A stretch of DNA of 63,420 bases, filler included, from Octopus bimaculoides (GCF_001194135.2; 6 parts of 6 records of this genome joined end to end with filler, not necessarily neighbours in it), one strand, 5' to 3'; positions 35,979-49,353 are shown, counted from the first letter of the whole stretch. Numbers and translations are program-made. Notes: generated by a model from the letters alone, not told the origin.

Positions 35979-36394
35979 AAAGATAATTAGGTGCTTATGC
36001 AGTCATGAGCAGACATAATCCCTCTCTCTCTCTCTATCTATCGATCTCACCCACTCCTTGTCCTTGACCTGGCAGAACATGATATGACAGCAAGAGGGAG
36101 AAAGAGCTGCATCAGCACTGGACCAATACAATTTGGAATGAAGTATCTTACTCAAGGACACAACACACCACCCAGTCCAGGAATTGAATCAATTACTTTA
36201 TGTCCATCAACTGAACATCTTGAACATCTGGCTGTATACATATATTGCCTTCTCTTAGAGCCCTTGACTCCTTGATTGTGTTGTAGGGGCGCCGTCATGG
36301 TATACAGCCTGTCTTGGACACTTTTAGACCTGGTGGAGCCCATTCCTCTCCATGTTTGAACACAGCCAATTTCTTCCAGAAAAAGACAGAATGA

Positions 36395-36510
36395 GTGAAA
36401 GGGAAATTTAGACCCAAAAGGATGAAAAGCAAAGTTGATCTTGGTGGAATTTGAACCCAGATTGCAGAAAGATGGAAGGATTAATACAAAACAATCTGAT
36501 ATTTTCAGGA
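36395..36510 (-). mobile_element. SINE family C fragment (degenerate)
   Basis: AAAGGATGAAAAGCAAAGTTGATCTTGGTGGAATTTGAACCCAGA. Confidence 0.65.
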
Positions 36511-36739
36511 ATCTGCTAGTTTTACAAACATACTCACACATATATACAGGCTGGGGGAATAAAAGAGAGACCTTCTGTATAGAATGTACAGCAGTGGTTC
36601 TAACTCTATTAGATTTAACAGTGCACTGAAAATCAAACTGAAAACATAATTAGTCACCTCGCATGCAAAGGTTGAAAACTTCTGGTACATTTTCCATTCA
36701 AAGTCTAAAATTACTGACGCATTTTGCACAGAAAGTTAA

Positions 36740-37591
36740 CCCCATGACAACGGTTTTTTTTTTTTATGAAGCAATTAGGTTGCACCGATGGTGATCGTCT
36801 CAGCTGAGATCAGCAATTAGTGCGTGACAATGGTTTGGCGTATATTTACGTCAACCGCTTTAGTGCAAGTATTGTTTATTTACTTAAACTATATTCCTGT
36901 ACAGGACGCTCATGCAAAAACTCTTGGAAGATTTCCAATGGCGTACTTCCATGTTCAAGGCTTGCCTTTATACCAAGCGTACCAGTAAACCCATGCCGTC
37001 GGACGAAATTGTCTCTCGCTCACCACACGACATTCTGTTGTTCAGGGCTATTCACTGCTGCCCACCTGTACCTTTGATTCACCAGAATACCATCATCGCT
37101 ATTGGAATCATCTTATTCTGAAGTAGGAAAATACTCACTCTCCGAGTCATCGTCCAAACCGGAAGGAACAACTGATGAGGTGGTGGAACTTGGCATGACG
37201 ACCGTAAATTCGACGAAATTGACAGAGCCGGAGTGGTAGAACGCGACGACGATAGAACCGAGGTAGTAGAACGTGAGGAAGCTGGAGTGGCACGACGAAG
37301 CCGGTGTAGAGGGATGCGACTGTAAATTACGTGCAGGACTAGAAGATTCAACTATAGCAGAATCCCTGCGAGCACTGACAGTATGAAATGATGAACGTAG
37401 ATTGGTTTTGAGTTGATTGGAAACCGAATTTGCTAACGTGGTATAATCACTAAAACTACAGCCTATCAGTTGGCAGATGAACCGGTACCAACTCGGGCGA
37501 CAAGTTCTAAGTCAGGCGGCGTATAGTTACATCGACCGATTTAAAGCATGTATATTGCGTGCGTAAATTTACGTCAACCGTTTTAAAAGGG
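36740..37591 (-). mobile_element. piggyBac deletion derivative
   Basis: TTAA at 36736-39 and 37592-95; TIRs CCCCATGACAACGGTT and rc CCCTTTTAAAACGGTT; minus remnant HGFTGTLGIKASLEHGSTPLEIFQEF (PGBD-like N-terminus). Confidence 0.88.
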
Positions 37592-37603
37592 TTAAAAGGG
37601 CAG

Positions 37604-37765
37604 CGCAAGTGTGGCTGTATGATAAGAAACTTGCTTCCCAACCCCATGGCTCCAGGTTCATTCCCACTGCGTGACACCTTGGGCAAGTGTCTTCTGCTAT
37701 AGCCTCAGGCCAACCAAAGCCTTGTGAGTGGATTTGGTAGATGGAAACTGAAAGAAGCCCGTCAT
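37604..37765 (+). mobile_element. SINE family A, 5' half
   Basis: GTGGCTGTATGATAAG...GTGACACCTTGGGCAAGTGTCTT...GAAACTGAAAGAAGCCCGTC then (TA)n. Confidence 0.88.
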
Positions 37766-37910
37766 ATATATATATATATATATATANNNNNNNNNNNNNN
37801 NNNNNNNNNNNNNNNNNNNNNNNNNNNNNNTTAATTAATTAANNNNNNNNNNNNNNNNNNNNNNNNNNNNNNNNNNNNNNNNNNNNTATATATATATATA
37901 TATATATGTT

Positions 37911-38070
37911 GCTTTATTGGTTTACTTGTTTCAGTCATTTGACTGCGGCAATACCGGAGCACCGCCTTAAAGGGTTTTAGCCAAAGAAATCGACCCCAGG
38001 ACTTATTCCTTGTAAGCCTAGTGCTTATTCTGTGGGGATCTTTTGCCGAACCGCTAGCTTACGAGGACAC
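37911..38070 (-). mobile_element. SINE family A, 3' half
   Basis: rc GCGGTTCGGCAAAAG...AGTCCTGGGGTCGAT...GGCGGTGCTCCGG...AGTCAAATGACTGAAACAAGTAAA. Confidence 0.88.
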
Positions 38071-38165
38071 ACACACGCACGCACGCACACACATATACAT
38101 ACATGCATACATACATACATACATACAGCATACATAATACATACATACATACATACATACATTTA

Positions 38166-38512
38166 TAGGGTATCTTAAAAGTCACTGATGAGTTTCAATT
38201 TTTAATGACTTCCATAATTTTACAAATACTTGCATGAAATTTTGATACAATATGAAGGACATAATGGAAGTTAATATGCACAAGTCAAATTATGCAACAC
38301 CACAACATCACATATGAAAAATGACATCGCTTAAATGGCAACCATTTTCGGCTTCGTACACTCGTGTTCTTTTCAAAACTTGCACCATAACACCCTCAAG
38401 AGTTTCAGACCCATCTCTATTGATGTTCTCCTTCAGTTGCATCAGGATCACCGATTTGTTGACGTAAACCCTTTCTTTCGGGTATCTCCACTGGAAAAAT
38501 CCGGGCTAGTCA
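38166..38512 (-). mobile_element. Tc1/mariner-superfamily element, 3' end
   Basis: Minus SPDFFQWRYPKERVYVNK...ENGCHLSDVIFHM-stop (PDFFLWGYLK-type C-terminus); end TA|TAGGGTATC resembles a CAGGGTGTC TIR. Confidence 0.75.
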
Positions 38513-38741
38513 CACACATACATACACGTATACCTTTGCCTATGTATTACATTCTAGTGTTACTTAGGTTAAAGGTCCACATTGAAAACCCTTCATGGGA
38601 ATGTAATGTGAGGGCGACCATACAAAGACGCACACATACTCGGGGGCACATTTATGTGTGTTCCAGGTGTTTGTACGTGTGCATGACTCTGTGCATATGT
38701 GTGTGCGTGTGTGTGTGTGAATCTATATGCGTGTGTGTGAA

Positions 38742-38817
<76 letters not shown>

Positions 38818-38832
38818 CGTGCGTGTGTGTGT
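38742..38832. repeat. (TG)n microsatellite
   Basis: Direct inspection. Confidence 0.95.
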
Positions 38833-39355
38833 GAAAGGAAATGCTACTTACACTTCGACGAGCCGAGCCCATAACCCAGATTAAGTTTTTGGTTTTGAGA
38901 CAATTCATTTGACTGGAAACTTCATTTCTGAAATTTCATATTAAGAGCAACAGACTGGAGATAATTTTTCTGCCTTCATGGAGAATTGACGGGTTGATAT
39001 TTCAATATATTTGAACCTCAATTCCGTTGCAGACTTAACTGCTAGCGCACTAGAAGGGGGAATATTCTATATAAATCTTCTGCTACTTTAAGTTTAACAA
39101 ATTGCAATTGAGAACAATTGTGATTCCAACAGACCCGTAGATTTAACTTAATTTAGTTAACACTCAATTTGAATGCAGGATGTTCGGGCTAAATCTGGCA
39201 ATTTGCATAAAAGGAAAAGATAATATCCTATCAAGTATTTTAAAATATCAAGAAATATAAACTAGGTTGTGGCTGGGAGATAAAAGTTTACTCGAAGTAG
39301 TTACACCCCCCCCCCCACCACCACTTCTGCCACGGCCTGAAGACGGCTCCGGAGT

Positions 39356-39568
39356 CTTTTCTACTCCAGGCACAAGGCCCCATATTTTGGGGGAGGAGCC
39401 AGTCGATTAGATCAACCCTAGTACACAGCTGGTACTTAATTTATCGACCCTGAAAGGGATGAAAGGCAAAGTCGACCTCGGCGGAATTTGAACTCAGAAC
39501 ATAAAGACAGACGAAATACTGCTAAGCATTTCGCCCGGCATGCCAACGTTTCTGCCAGCTTATTTGCC
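39356..39568 (-). mobile_element. SINE family C, full length
   Basis: GGCACAAGGCC...GGTACTTAATTTATCGACCC...GGATGAAAGGCAAAGTCGACCTCGGCGGAATTTGAACTCAGAAC. Confidence 0.92.
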
Positions 39569-40031
39569 CCCTCCCCATCATCACTTNNNNNNNNNNNNNN
39601 NNNNNNNNNNNNNNNNNNNNNNNNNNNNNNNNNNNNNNNNNNNNNNNNNNNNNNNNNNNNNNNNNNNNNNNNNNNNNNNNNNNNNNNNNNNNNNNNNNNN
39701 NNNNNNNNNNNNNNNNNNNNNNNNNNNNNNNNNNNNNNNNNNNNNNNNNNNNNNNNNNNNNNNNNNNNNNNNNNNNNNNNNNNNNNNNNNNNNNNNNNNN
39801 NNNNNNNNNNNNNNNNNNNNNNNNNNNNNNNNNNNNNNNNNNNNNNNNNNNNNNNNNNNNNNNNNNNNNNNNNNNNNNNNNNNNNNNNNNNNNNNNNNNN
39901 NNNNNNNNNNNNNNNNNNNNNNNNNNNNNNNNNNNNNNNNNNNNNNNNNNNNNNNNNNNNNNNNNNNNNNNNNNNNNNNNNNNNNNNNNNNNNNNNNNNN
40001 NNNNNNNNNNNNNNNNNNNNNNNNNNNNNNN

Positions 40032-40091
<60 letters not shown>

Positions 40092-40574
40092 TTTAGTGTG
40101 TATGTGTGATGTAATTTGTTATTTAGAATGAATATGAAATATATGCAAAACCATGACTTGTATAGCAATTCCGGATATTGAGCACGACACGTTTGAAATT
40201 ATTGAATGAAATTTGTCAATGACCCGGATATAGGGCATTTGGTGTACATTTGATAATGAAATGGTGCGGTGACATCAATGCAACAATTTTCATAATTTGT
40301 ACTCGCCACAAAGAAATTCACCACAAACTAATTTTATATATATAATCGAATAAGTTGGAATCACCAAGATGGGGGAAATAGGGTTGGATATTTATTTTTC
40401 AATTTCTTCAATTATCTGTTCACTGACGACAGAATCCTAAACGCAAGCCTGGAAGTAGGTATAATGCTACTCCTGGGTTGCACAGGGTGAAACCTGAAGG
40501 TGGACGAGCTTTATACTGTACTCTACTGCGTTCTTAACAGAATACACCATAACTATACATACATACATATATAT

Positions 40575-40832
<258 letters not shown>

Positions 40833-40867
40833 CGTACATACATACATACATACATACATGCATACAT

Positions 40868-40945
<78 letters not shown>

Positions 40946-41089
40946 GTATATATATATATATAGTATAAAATACCCAATCTGCGCTCTCTCTCTCACATAC
41001 ATATACGCACACACACACACACAGCACAAACGCACACACAAACAAACACTTATATACAATCACGAACATCGGACAAAAGACGGAGCGGT

Positions 41090-41180
41090 ATTTCTTCCGG
41101 ATCTTTACGTTTTTATTTCAAATCCTGCCGAGGTCAAACTTGGCTTTTATTCTTCAGGGGCCGATAAAGTACGAGGTCTG
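41090..41180 (+). mobile_element. SINE family C fragment
   Basis: GCGGTATTTC...TTCAAATCCTGCCGAGGTCAAACTTGGC. Confidence 0.7.
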
Positions 41181-41748
41181 ATCAATATGTATACAATTTT
41201 ATACCAAACAAACAAACCATTTTAGAAAGTTTTATTATTGTTTTTATTTTTATTGTTCATGGCATGAGAAATACATCAATAGATTCCAGTCTTTAAACAA
41301 GAATTATGCAGGTGTCTGTACATCAATAATGGAGCTGCTATAAACGGCAGCAAAATCGACCTCAAAGCATGCAATAAACGTGTCGAGGATTAACAGAGAC
41401 GTTGAATGTTGAAAAAAAATTCGATGGAAATAAAATATTAATATTCACAAATGTTGTACGAGAATGCCTTGGCAATATTTACAGATCCTCGAGCCTGTAC
41501 CTCATTTTGAAGGGGAACTTGGAATTGTCTTTTATTTTTTAATAATATTTAATATTCTTTGTCACATTTCATGTTCTCCATTTGTGTATTTTTTTTTGTC
41601 AATCTTCGTTATTTGTTGAGACCAGTCTAAAGTTAGCCTCATGTCAGCNNNNNNNNNNNNNNNNNNNNNNNNNNNNNNNNNNNNNNNNNNNNTTAATTAA
41701 TTAANNNNNNNNNNNNNNNNNNNNNNNNNNNNNNNNNNNNNNNNNNNN

Positions 41749-41783
<35 letters not shown>

Positions 41784-41835
41784 GAAGACGTCGCACAGTA
41801 TCCAATATAATAATGTTGTAGATTGAAGGTATTTT
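41749..41835 (-). mobile_element. R4/Dong-like 3' UTR end with (TAA)n
   Basis: 41784-41835 GAAGACGTCGCACAGTATCCAATAT...GTTGTAGATTGAAGGT matches 55956-56005, the 3' UTR of the RLE-bearing copy; (TTA)n abuts on the plus strand. Confidence 0.65.
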
Positions 41836-42054
41836 AAGGTGGGCAACTGGCGGAATCGTTGGAACGCTGGACAAAAATACTTAGCAACATTTTGTCCGTC
41901 TTTACGTTCTGAGTTCAAATACCTCCGAGGTCGAATTTGTGTTTCCTCCTTTCGGAGTCGATAAAGTAAGTACCAGTTGAGCACTGGGGGTCGATGTAAT
42001 CGACTAGCTCCTCAAATTTCAGACCTTGTACCTTTAGTAGAAAGGATTATTATT
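41836..42054 (+). mobile_element. SINE family C, full length
   Basis: Head, Meta-like domain, GACCTTGTACCTTTAGTAGAAAGG and (ATT)n tail. Confidence 0.9.
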
Positions 42055-42361
42055 ATGAAATATTTGAGGCATCCGCTGTCATTTATCGTTCATTGTCAGC
42101 TCTTGTTACACAATCACTGAAACACAGAAATGTCAAGATTCTCACGTTGCTTTTGACTACCATTATTCCTGTTGTTCAATCAATGCAACTGGCTTCTTTA
42201 TTATAGCAGAACCGGCTGAATATTGCGTATTGACTTTGACAATCGACGTACTAGAGTCAACATGACATAAGATTGTGAGAATTTGTGAGCATTTGCAACT
42301 CTCTGTCTCTGTCTTTCTTTCTCTATCTCTCTCTTTCTCTCTATCTCCATCTCCCTTTCTT

Positions 42362-42429
<68 letters not shown>

Positions 42430-43068
42430 NNNNNNNNNNCCTGTTTAAGGAAACCTTCTTCCACTTGCCCCCACTCACTGAGGCCCTGTAGGGATCCATG
42501 GACACTGCTTTTCTTTCCTGTCTATGTGATAAAAAAGGCCTTAAGCGGATTTACCATAGCACTATATATGACGAAGTTAGCTCTTCAAAAGTTGATCGTC
42601 CAAATCAAACCTAGTCTGTAATGACACAATTCGGCAAAATTTGTCACTTGTTTCATAAAGTGGCTGAGTACCTTTACCATTTCCCGAAGAAAATTAGCTA
42701 GGACAATTGTATTACAGGCACAGTCCATTTGATGGTCTTTCATGCTGTTTCTGGTCGTCTAATTTAACTGACAAAGAGCTTGGTTTGAACGGAGAGGCTA
42801 TTGTAGAAGACCTCAATTACATTCACTGCAGTTAACGGCCTTTTATCCATAGATTTTTTTAAAAATCCCCCCGCTTCCTGAGAACTTTTCTATCATAATT
42901 TTATAAACGTTTAACGACGTTTTAATTAAAAGTCTGTCCTTGGGCGTTGTGAGGATGAAATTCTCAAATTCCTTTCCATCTGTCTCTATACTGTTTTTTA
43001 TTTTGACTTACAAAATCCATCAATTCACTGTTACACTTGTTCACAACAGTGAAATTGATGGATACATT

Positions 43069-44490
43069 TCATCTACAGTCTGATGAATATTTTGGAGGTT
43101 CTGTAATCGGTTGTTTCTCGGTTTCTTTAATTTCATGCTGTTGTTGATGATGTTGCTGTTTTTGAAGTTGGTGATCTTGTTCTTGTAGTTTTTGCTGGAG
43201 TGGTTGTGAATTGTGTTGCAGTTGTGGTTTCACAATAAGTTTTTCTTGATTTCTTGGAGTAGTGCTATGTACTCTCCTCTTCTTTCGCCTACCCACTTTT
43301 GTCACTGTGATCCATTGATAGTTCAACTCTTCTTTCTTCATGTCACTGCAGTTGATGTTGGTTTGGGAGGAAGAGCATTCAGGAGAGACTTGCTTTTATG
43401 TGACAACGGGGGGTAGACTCCTTTGTCTTGGTTTGGGAGTGAGTGTGAACATGGGTGTGGGAGCAGGTGTAGGTGTCTTGAGCACTTGTTTATGATTTTG
43501 CACTTGTGGTAATTGTAATGTTGGCTGCAGTGAAACTTTATTTTTCTTTGTTTCAGGGCAGGAATCCTTTAAGTGTTTTACAGATCCACATTTATGGAAT
43601 GTTGGCTTTCTACTCTCCACGAACACTGACAGGTGAGTGCCATCTGGGAGATCGATTAGATCGGGCAGCTGGTCGATATGGTCCTGCTTGCATTGCAAGG
43701 TCAGTTCCATACCTATATCTAACCAGTTTTGCTGAGGTAGTTTCTTGACCTCCAGTATTGTGATTCGGCTTCTTCTAGACCTGCCAAAACGGCTGCCACT
43801 AACCAGATAATGGATATTTCTGGCGGCACATTCAGCACCCCAATCTTGACAAGGCATTGGCCGCAATAGCTGGGGATAAGAAAAAAGTTGTCATTCTTCA
43901 AAGTGGGTGCAGAATTACATCTAGCTTCTTCTTCTTCCGTCCTAAATCTCACCTCAATGGTTCCAAACTTCTTTCCTCGGGTGATGTGGGTCTTCTGTTT
44001 CTATACACGCCCAAGGCACTTCTGTACTTCGCTCTCGGGAGCATGTTCCACCCGCCGAGACTTGATTCCGATTTAACAGTATTTTACCGTGCATCTTGCG
44101 ATATTTTCTATCACGTCCGATGGAGGGCTTAGAGCCACCCTTCTACTATCTCTTTCAACAATTTTTCTAGCGAATTTTAATTCTTCTTCATCTATGTGGA
44201 AGCACTCCATATTTCTCGCCGCTGACGCAAAAGGAACAGGGGCGATATTTGCATTTTTATGTTTTATTTCTTTCGTATTTTTGTTGCAGTTATTTTTGTT
44301 GTTGTTGTTGCTGCAGCTGCTGCTACTGCTGTCACTGCTGCTGCTGCTGCTGCTGCTGTCACTGCTGCCGCTGTTACTGCTGTCACTACTGCTGCTGTTA
44401 CTGCTGCTGCTGTTGCTGTTGTTGTTCTCTTTGTCGACTCCTAGTATTTTGACGTTGCTTCAAGACGAAACATTTTCGCCTCAGTGACGT
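43069..44490 (-). pseudogene. Tx1/L1-type ORF1 (gag-like, zinc knuckle) pseudogene
   Basis: KFGTIEVRF, VLNVPPEISIIWLVAAVL, LSVFVESRKPTFHKCGSVKHLKDSC (CCHC-like knuckle) followed by a Q/P/K-rich tail; frameshifted. Confidence 0.7.
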
Positions 44491-45734
44491 CATTAAGTTT
44501 AGGTCATTCTTTCCTTGTTCTCAAAATTTGTCAATAAGGAGCGCGTTCCTTTATCGAACATTATGATGGCTTCTTTATCAACCCATCTTTAAATAATTAC
44601 GGAAAATTGCAAAATATTTGTTTTTGCCGAAAGCAGTTAAAATTCAAAAATTATTGAAGCATACCCCCTGCAAAACAGTGGGTCTTCTTACAAAAAAAAA
44701 AAAAAAAAANNNNNNNNNNNNNNNNNNNNNNNNNNNNNNNNNNNNNNNNNNNNNNNNNNNNNNNNNNNNNNNNNNNNNNNNNNNNNNNNNNNNNNNNNNN
44801 NNNNNNNNNNNNNNNNNNNNNNNNNNNNNNNNNNNNNNNNNNNNNNNNNNNNNNNNNNNNNNNNNNNNNNNNNNNNNNNNNNNNNNNNNNNNNNNNNNNN
44901 NNNNNNNNNNNNNNNNNNNNNNNNNNNNNNNNNNNNNNNNNNNNNNNNNNNNNNNNNNNNNNNNNNNNNNNNNNNNNNNNNNNNNNNNNNNNNNNNNNNN
45001 NNNNNNNNNNNNNNNNNNNNNNNNNNNNNNNNNNNNNNNNNNNNNNNNNNNNNNNNNNNNNNNNNNNNNNNNNNNNNNNNNNNNNNNNNNNNNNNNNNNN
45101 NNNNNNNNNNNNNNNNNNNNNNNNNNNNNNNNNNNNNNNNNNNNNNNNNNNNNNNNNNNNNNNNNNNNNNNNNNNNNNNNNNNNNNNNNNNNNNNNNNNN
45201 NNNNNNNNNNNNNNNNNNNNNNNNNNNNNNNNNNNNNNNNNNNNNNNNNNNNNNNNNNNNNNNNNNNNNNNNNNNNNNNNNNNNNNNNNNNNNNNNNNNN
45301 NNNNNNNNNNNNNNNNNNNNNNNNNNNNNNNNNNNNNNNNNNNNNNNNNNNNNNNNNNNNNNNNNNNNNNNNNNNNNNNNNNNNNNNNNNNNNNNNNNNN
45401 NNNNNNNNNNNNNNNNNNNNNNNNNNNNNNNNNNNNNNNNNNNNNNNNNNNNNNNNNNNNNNNNNNNNNNNNNNNNNNNNNNNNNNNNNNNNNNNNNNNN
45501 NNNNNNNNNNNNNNNNNNNNNNNNNNNNNNNNNNNNNNNNNNNNNNNNNNNNNNNNNNNNNNNNNNNNNNNNNNNNNNNNNNNNNNNNNNNNNNNNNNNN
45601 NNNNNNNNNNNNNNNNNNNNNNNNNNNNNNNNNNNNNNNNNNNNNNNNNNNNNNNNNNNNNNNNNNNNNNNNNNNNNNNNNNNNNNNNNNNNNNNTGAAG
45701 TGAAAGCAAGTTATAAAAATAAAACTACTGAACA

Positions 45735-45744
45735 ACAATAATAC

Positions 45745-45819
<75 letters not shown>

Positions 45820-45830
45820 CAACAACAATA
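45735..45830. repeat. (TAA)n/(CAA)n microsatellite
   Basis: Direct inspection. Confidence 0.95.
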
Positions 45831-46095
45831 CCTTTTTGTTATAGGCACAAGCCTGCAATTTTGACGGAGGAGGCTAGTCGATTACATCGACTTCTGTGCT
45901 TGACTGGTACTTATTTTATTGCCTCCGAAAGGATGAAAGATAAAGTCGGTTGGAACGTAATGCCGGATTAAAATTCCGCTAGGCATTTTGTTTTCCCCTA
46001 TTTTGGTCGATTAAATCGATCTTAATATTTGATTGGTATATTATTTTATCGAGCAAGGAAAGATGGAAGGCAAAGTTGACCTCGACGGAATTTCA
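45831..46095 (-). mobile_element. Two tandem SINE family C fragments
   Basis: 45831-45990 and 46000-46095 both carry rc Meta-like AAAGGATGAAAG..AAAGT.GAC. Confidence 0.75.
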
Positions 46096-46379
46096 AAAAT
46101 GTTCAATAACTTATCTATTTCGCAGACTCTGTGTAATATCGTGTTGCTAAAATTGGATATTTAATATAGCATTGTGGCGTTATTTCACAGCTCCAGTTTT
46201 AGAAAGGTCATCGACAGGCAAAATTAACATTCATCAACAACTTCGAAAACAGATCTTTAAAATAAGACCTGGTAATTAAGAAGCTAATAACTTGTAATTA
46301 ATCAGCTTGTATCAGGTTAGTAAAGTGAACGAACAGGGATGATCAGGGAACGATTCCGATTTCCGGCGAGGATAGTCTC

Positions 46380-47185
46380 TTCATAAAAACTTTTACGCTG
46401 GGAATTACAGACAAGTTCTAAAGTTCTTTGGTCTGACACTGCAACAGGCGGTGGGAGGGAACCTGGTTAAAATAAACTCAACAGCTATGACCATGCAGGA
46501 ACCACTAGTAAGCCAACTTGTCCGAGATGCGCTTAGGATGACGAAACCGTCCGGCACACCTTCGTTCAGTGCTTTACTAGTTTGTGGGTTTATATTAAAC
46601 AGATTTTATGAAACAACGCGTGGGTGGTGGACCTAGATATCAACTGAGTTTATTGTGAAGATCGAACCGCAGCCTTCCTTTATCAAAGAAAAGTGAATCA
46701 TCCCCCCTCTATCTGACAGCTGTGGAGAAGAAAGTTGTATGGTGGAGGTGATTGACAGGTTTCAAAGGCGAAGTTTTCCTTCTCAGGAGAGACCCTCAGC
46801 AACTTTTTCATGTACCACTTAAGAAGGAATGTAAGGATAGAGAAGAAGTGCTGTCCTCTTGTAAATTTTGTGGAAGATGGGTGAGAGTTACAAAAGTGGT
46901 TGGCTAAAAGGCCTTCGCTGTGTAGGTTGGTGGCAAAAACTGGGAGAAACTATTTACCTTTGATGTGCAAGGGTAAACCCAGTTTGCCTGTGGGAATGGT
47001 TACCCTGTCTCTTTAGAGGGAATCCTTCCTTCTTGTTATTTTATTGTTCGATAATTTTTATTGTTATTCCCTCATTATCGACTTATAATGTGTCTTGAGT
47101 TTATTGAGTTCACACTTCTCGTAAAAACTGCAAACCATCAAACCCCTTTGTTTGTTGTTGTTGTTGTTGTTATCATTGTTGTTTT
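46380..47185 (+). mobile_element. Tx1/L1-type ORF2 C-terminus plus 3' UTR (copy 1)
   Basis: KPTCPRCA.DDETVRHTFVQC (RT-associated zinc finger), YHLRR..RIEK; (GTT)n tail at 47150-47185. Confidence 0.75.
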
Positions 47186-48330
47186 CCACATGATGTGGGA
47201 GTTTTAAAAAATTGCTGTTGACGATGTCCTTAACAAGGGCGAACTGGTGTGGGCGTCCTCCGTACAACACGTTTTTCTGCATCTCATTTCATTGACCAGG
47301 CTGCAGTCATGGGTCAAGCATAGACCAAGATAGGGTGTTTGGCATTTAAAATGTTGCCGGACGCCCACAGCATAGTATCAGCTGGGCAAAGCCGTTAGCG
47401 GGAATAACTCAAGAATTCTGTTAGTCGATGGTATGAGCGATGATGGCCTGGGATTGATTCTTGGCATCAACAAGAACAGTCTCTTCTGGAGTGCTTTCAG
47501 GTTGAAGACATGAACAATTTTCAAAAGTCTTTAGCATGACAGTTCTACAACTAGGTGGGGGACATTGCCTGTTTGAGACAAGCTCTTCAGGCTTGAAGCG
47601 CCAACAGCTGAAGCTGTCTGAAATGCACGCAGGGGACGAAATCGTCCTACAAACAATTGTTTCGTGTCCATGCGTGGACTTATGAACTTGTGTCGAGTAG
47701 CTTCTATCTCGTGTAAGACGTATTCAGCTGTCCGCCGGGTTATAACGAAAATCGACGCACCACCTTCCTTTGGCGGAGAAAAGAAGTAGGTTTTACTTCG
47801 CTTAATGGATGTGGCGAAAGAGGTTTTGTAGCGGATCCATTTGAAAGTTTTGAAGAAAGGGACTTTCTTATCTTGCCAACTTTTCATCAATTTCTTCAAA
47901 TATCATTTGAAGAGGAAGGTGAAGGCTGAGAGAGAGGTGCTGCCTTCTAGTGTGTTTACCGAAAGGTGGATGGGAGTGGTAAGATTTGAGAGGCTTTTCT
48001 TGGTAGAAGACTGGAGTATGCTTTTCTAGGTAGAAGGAAAGATACTGGAGGTGGCAGAGTAATCGGTGTTTTTTTTTTGTTTGGGGTTTACCTTGAATTA
48101 CCCTTGGTGGACCATCCCGCTATTGGAGATTTTATTTATTTTTTTTATCTAAATTCTATTTTCATATCCTTTTGTTATATCCTTATTGCTGTAGTTTCTC
48201 CCTTTGATCGATGTAACCCCCACCTCATTGTTTGTGTGTTATCTCGCCCTTTGAGATTGTCCTCTATATCCTGGGTCTTTGTGCCAATATTGTATTTGGC
48301 CAATACAATAAATTATTATTATTATTATTT
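47186..48330 (+). mobile_element. Tx1/L1-type ORF2 C-terminus plus 3' UTR (copy 2)
   Basis: LTRLQSWVKHRPR, MNNFQKSLA, CLKCTQGDE, FINFFKYHLKRKVKAEREVL; AATAAA then (TTA)n tail. Confidence 0.85.
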
Positions 48331-48332
48331 TG

Positions 48333-48365
<33 letters not shown>

Positions 48366-48384
48366 GTCGTCGTCGTTGTTGTTT

Positions 48385-49353
48385 CCATGACAGAGTTGCA
48401 GTCTTGGGTAAAAGATAGGCCGAGACTGGGCGCCTGGCATTTAGAATGTGTGTTCAGGATCTCACTGTCCTCTACAAGTCGGGCAACAGGATCAGTGGAT
48501 ATTTAGAGAGGATTAGTAACGGGGAAGTGCGACGAAGTCCTCGAGGAGACCTTAGGCGTCGACGAAGACGAACTGGCAAGTCTATTCCGGAGGACTTTCC
48601 GGTCAGGTGGCCTCGGGGGCGCTACCGGTTCATGATAAACTCTACAGGCACGGATGTGCTGTCAGACGGGCTTGTCCGAGGTGCACGTAGAGCGACGAAA
48701 CCGTTCTGCATGCACTCGTTCAGTGTCCGGGTATTGCTGACTTGTGGAGTTATGTCGAACAGCTGTTGTCTCGTGACCGAGTCCATAGTGATGATTGCCC
48801 CGCCACCATACTTTAATCGGGCTGGCTAGGCAGTTTTCCTCTGTCTGCTGGCTGTGGTGAAAGAGGTTATCTGGTGGACGAGGCTGAAAGGAATGAGGAT
48901 AGAAACTTGTCTCTTTGGTAAAGCACTCATCGACTTTTTCTAGTTTTACTTGAAAAGGAAAGTGAGGGTGGAGGGGGAGGTGCTCTCCGCGAGTGAATTT
49001 ATCAAAAGGTAGGTGGAAGTTGCAAAAATGGGAAGAGTGGATGGTACCACTCTCAATGTAGACCTGTGAGTCGGGAGAAAGAAGTTGGAGTGGGCTCTCG
49101 TCCTTGGTACTCAGGGTAATCTTGGATGGCGGGGCTCTTTGATTATCACTAGATGTCCTCCTGGATCAGGGGATCCCATCACGATCCTTACCCCCTCTTT
49201 CTAGTGTCATATACTATGTATACTTCTCTTCTTCTAATGTATACAGTGTATACTTTTTATTTTATCATTCCATAAAATGTAGACCGGCACACTTTATATC
49301 TGTCGTTGTATTGTCCCCTCATCCTTCGCCCTGGTGGCAAATAAAAGAAATTA

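Noticed and set aside
37604-38070. SINE A with an inverted 3' half
   Set aside because: The halves are separated by a linker gap; two elements or contig mis-orientation explain it.
47531-47899. Minus-strand 122-aa ORF as an inverted ORF1 or Penelope RT
   Set aside because: The plus strand reads as continuous Tx1 ORF2 C-terminus, so this is an antisense shadow.
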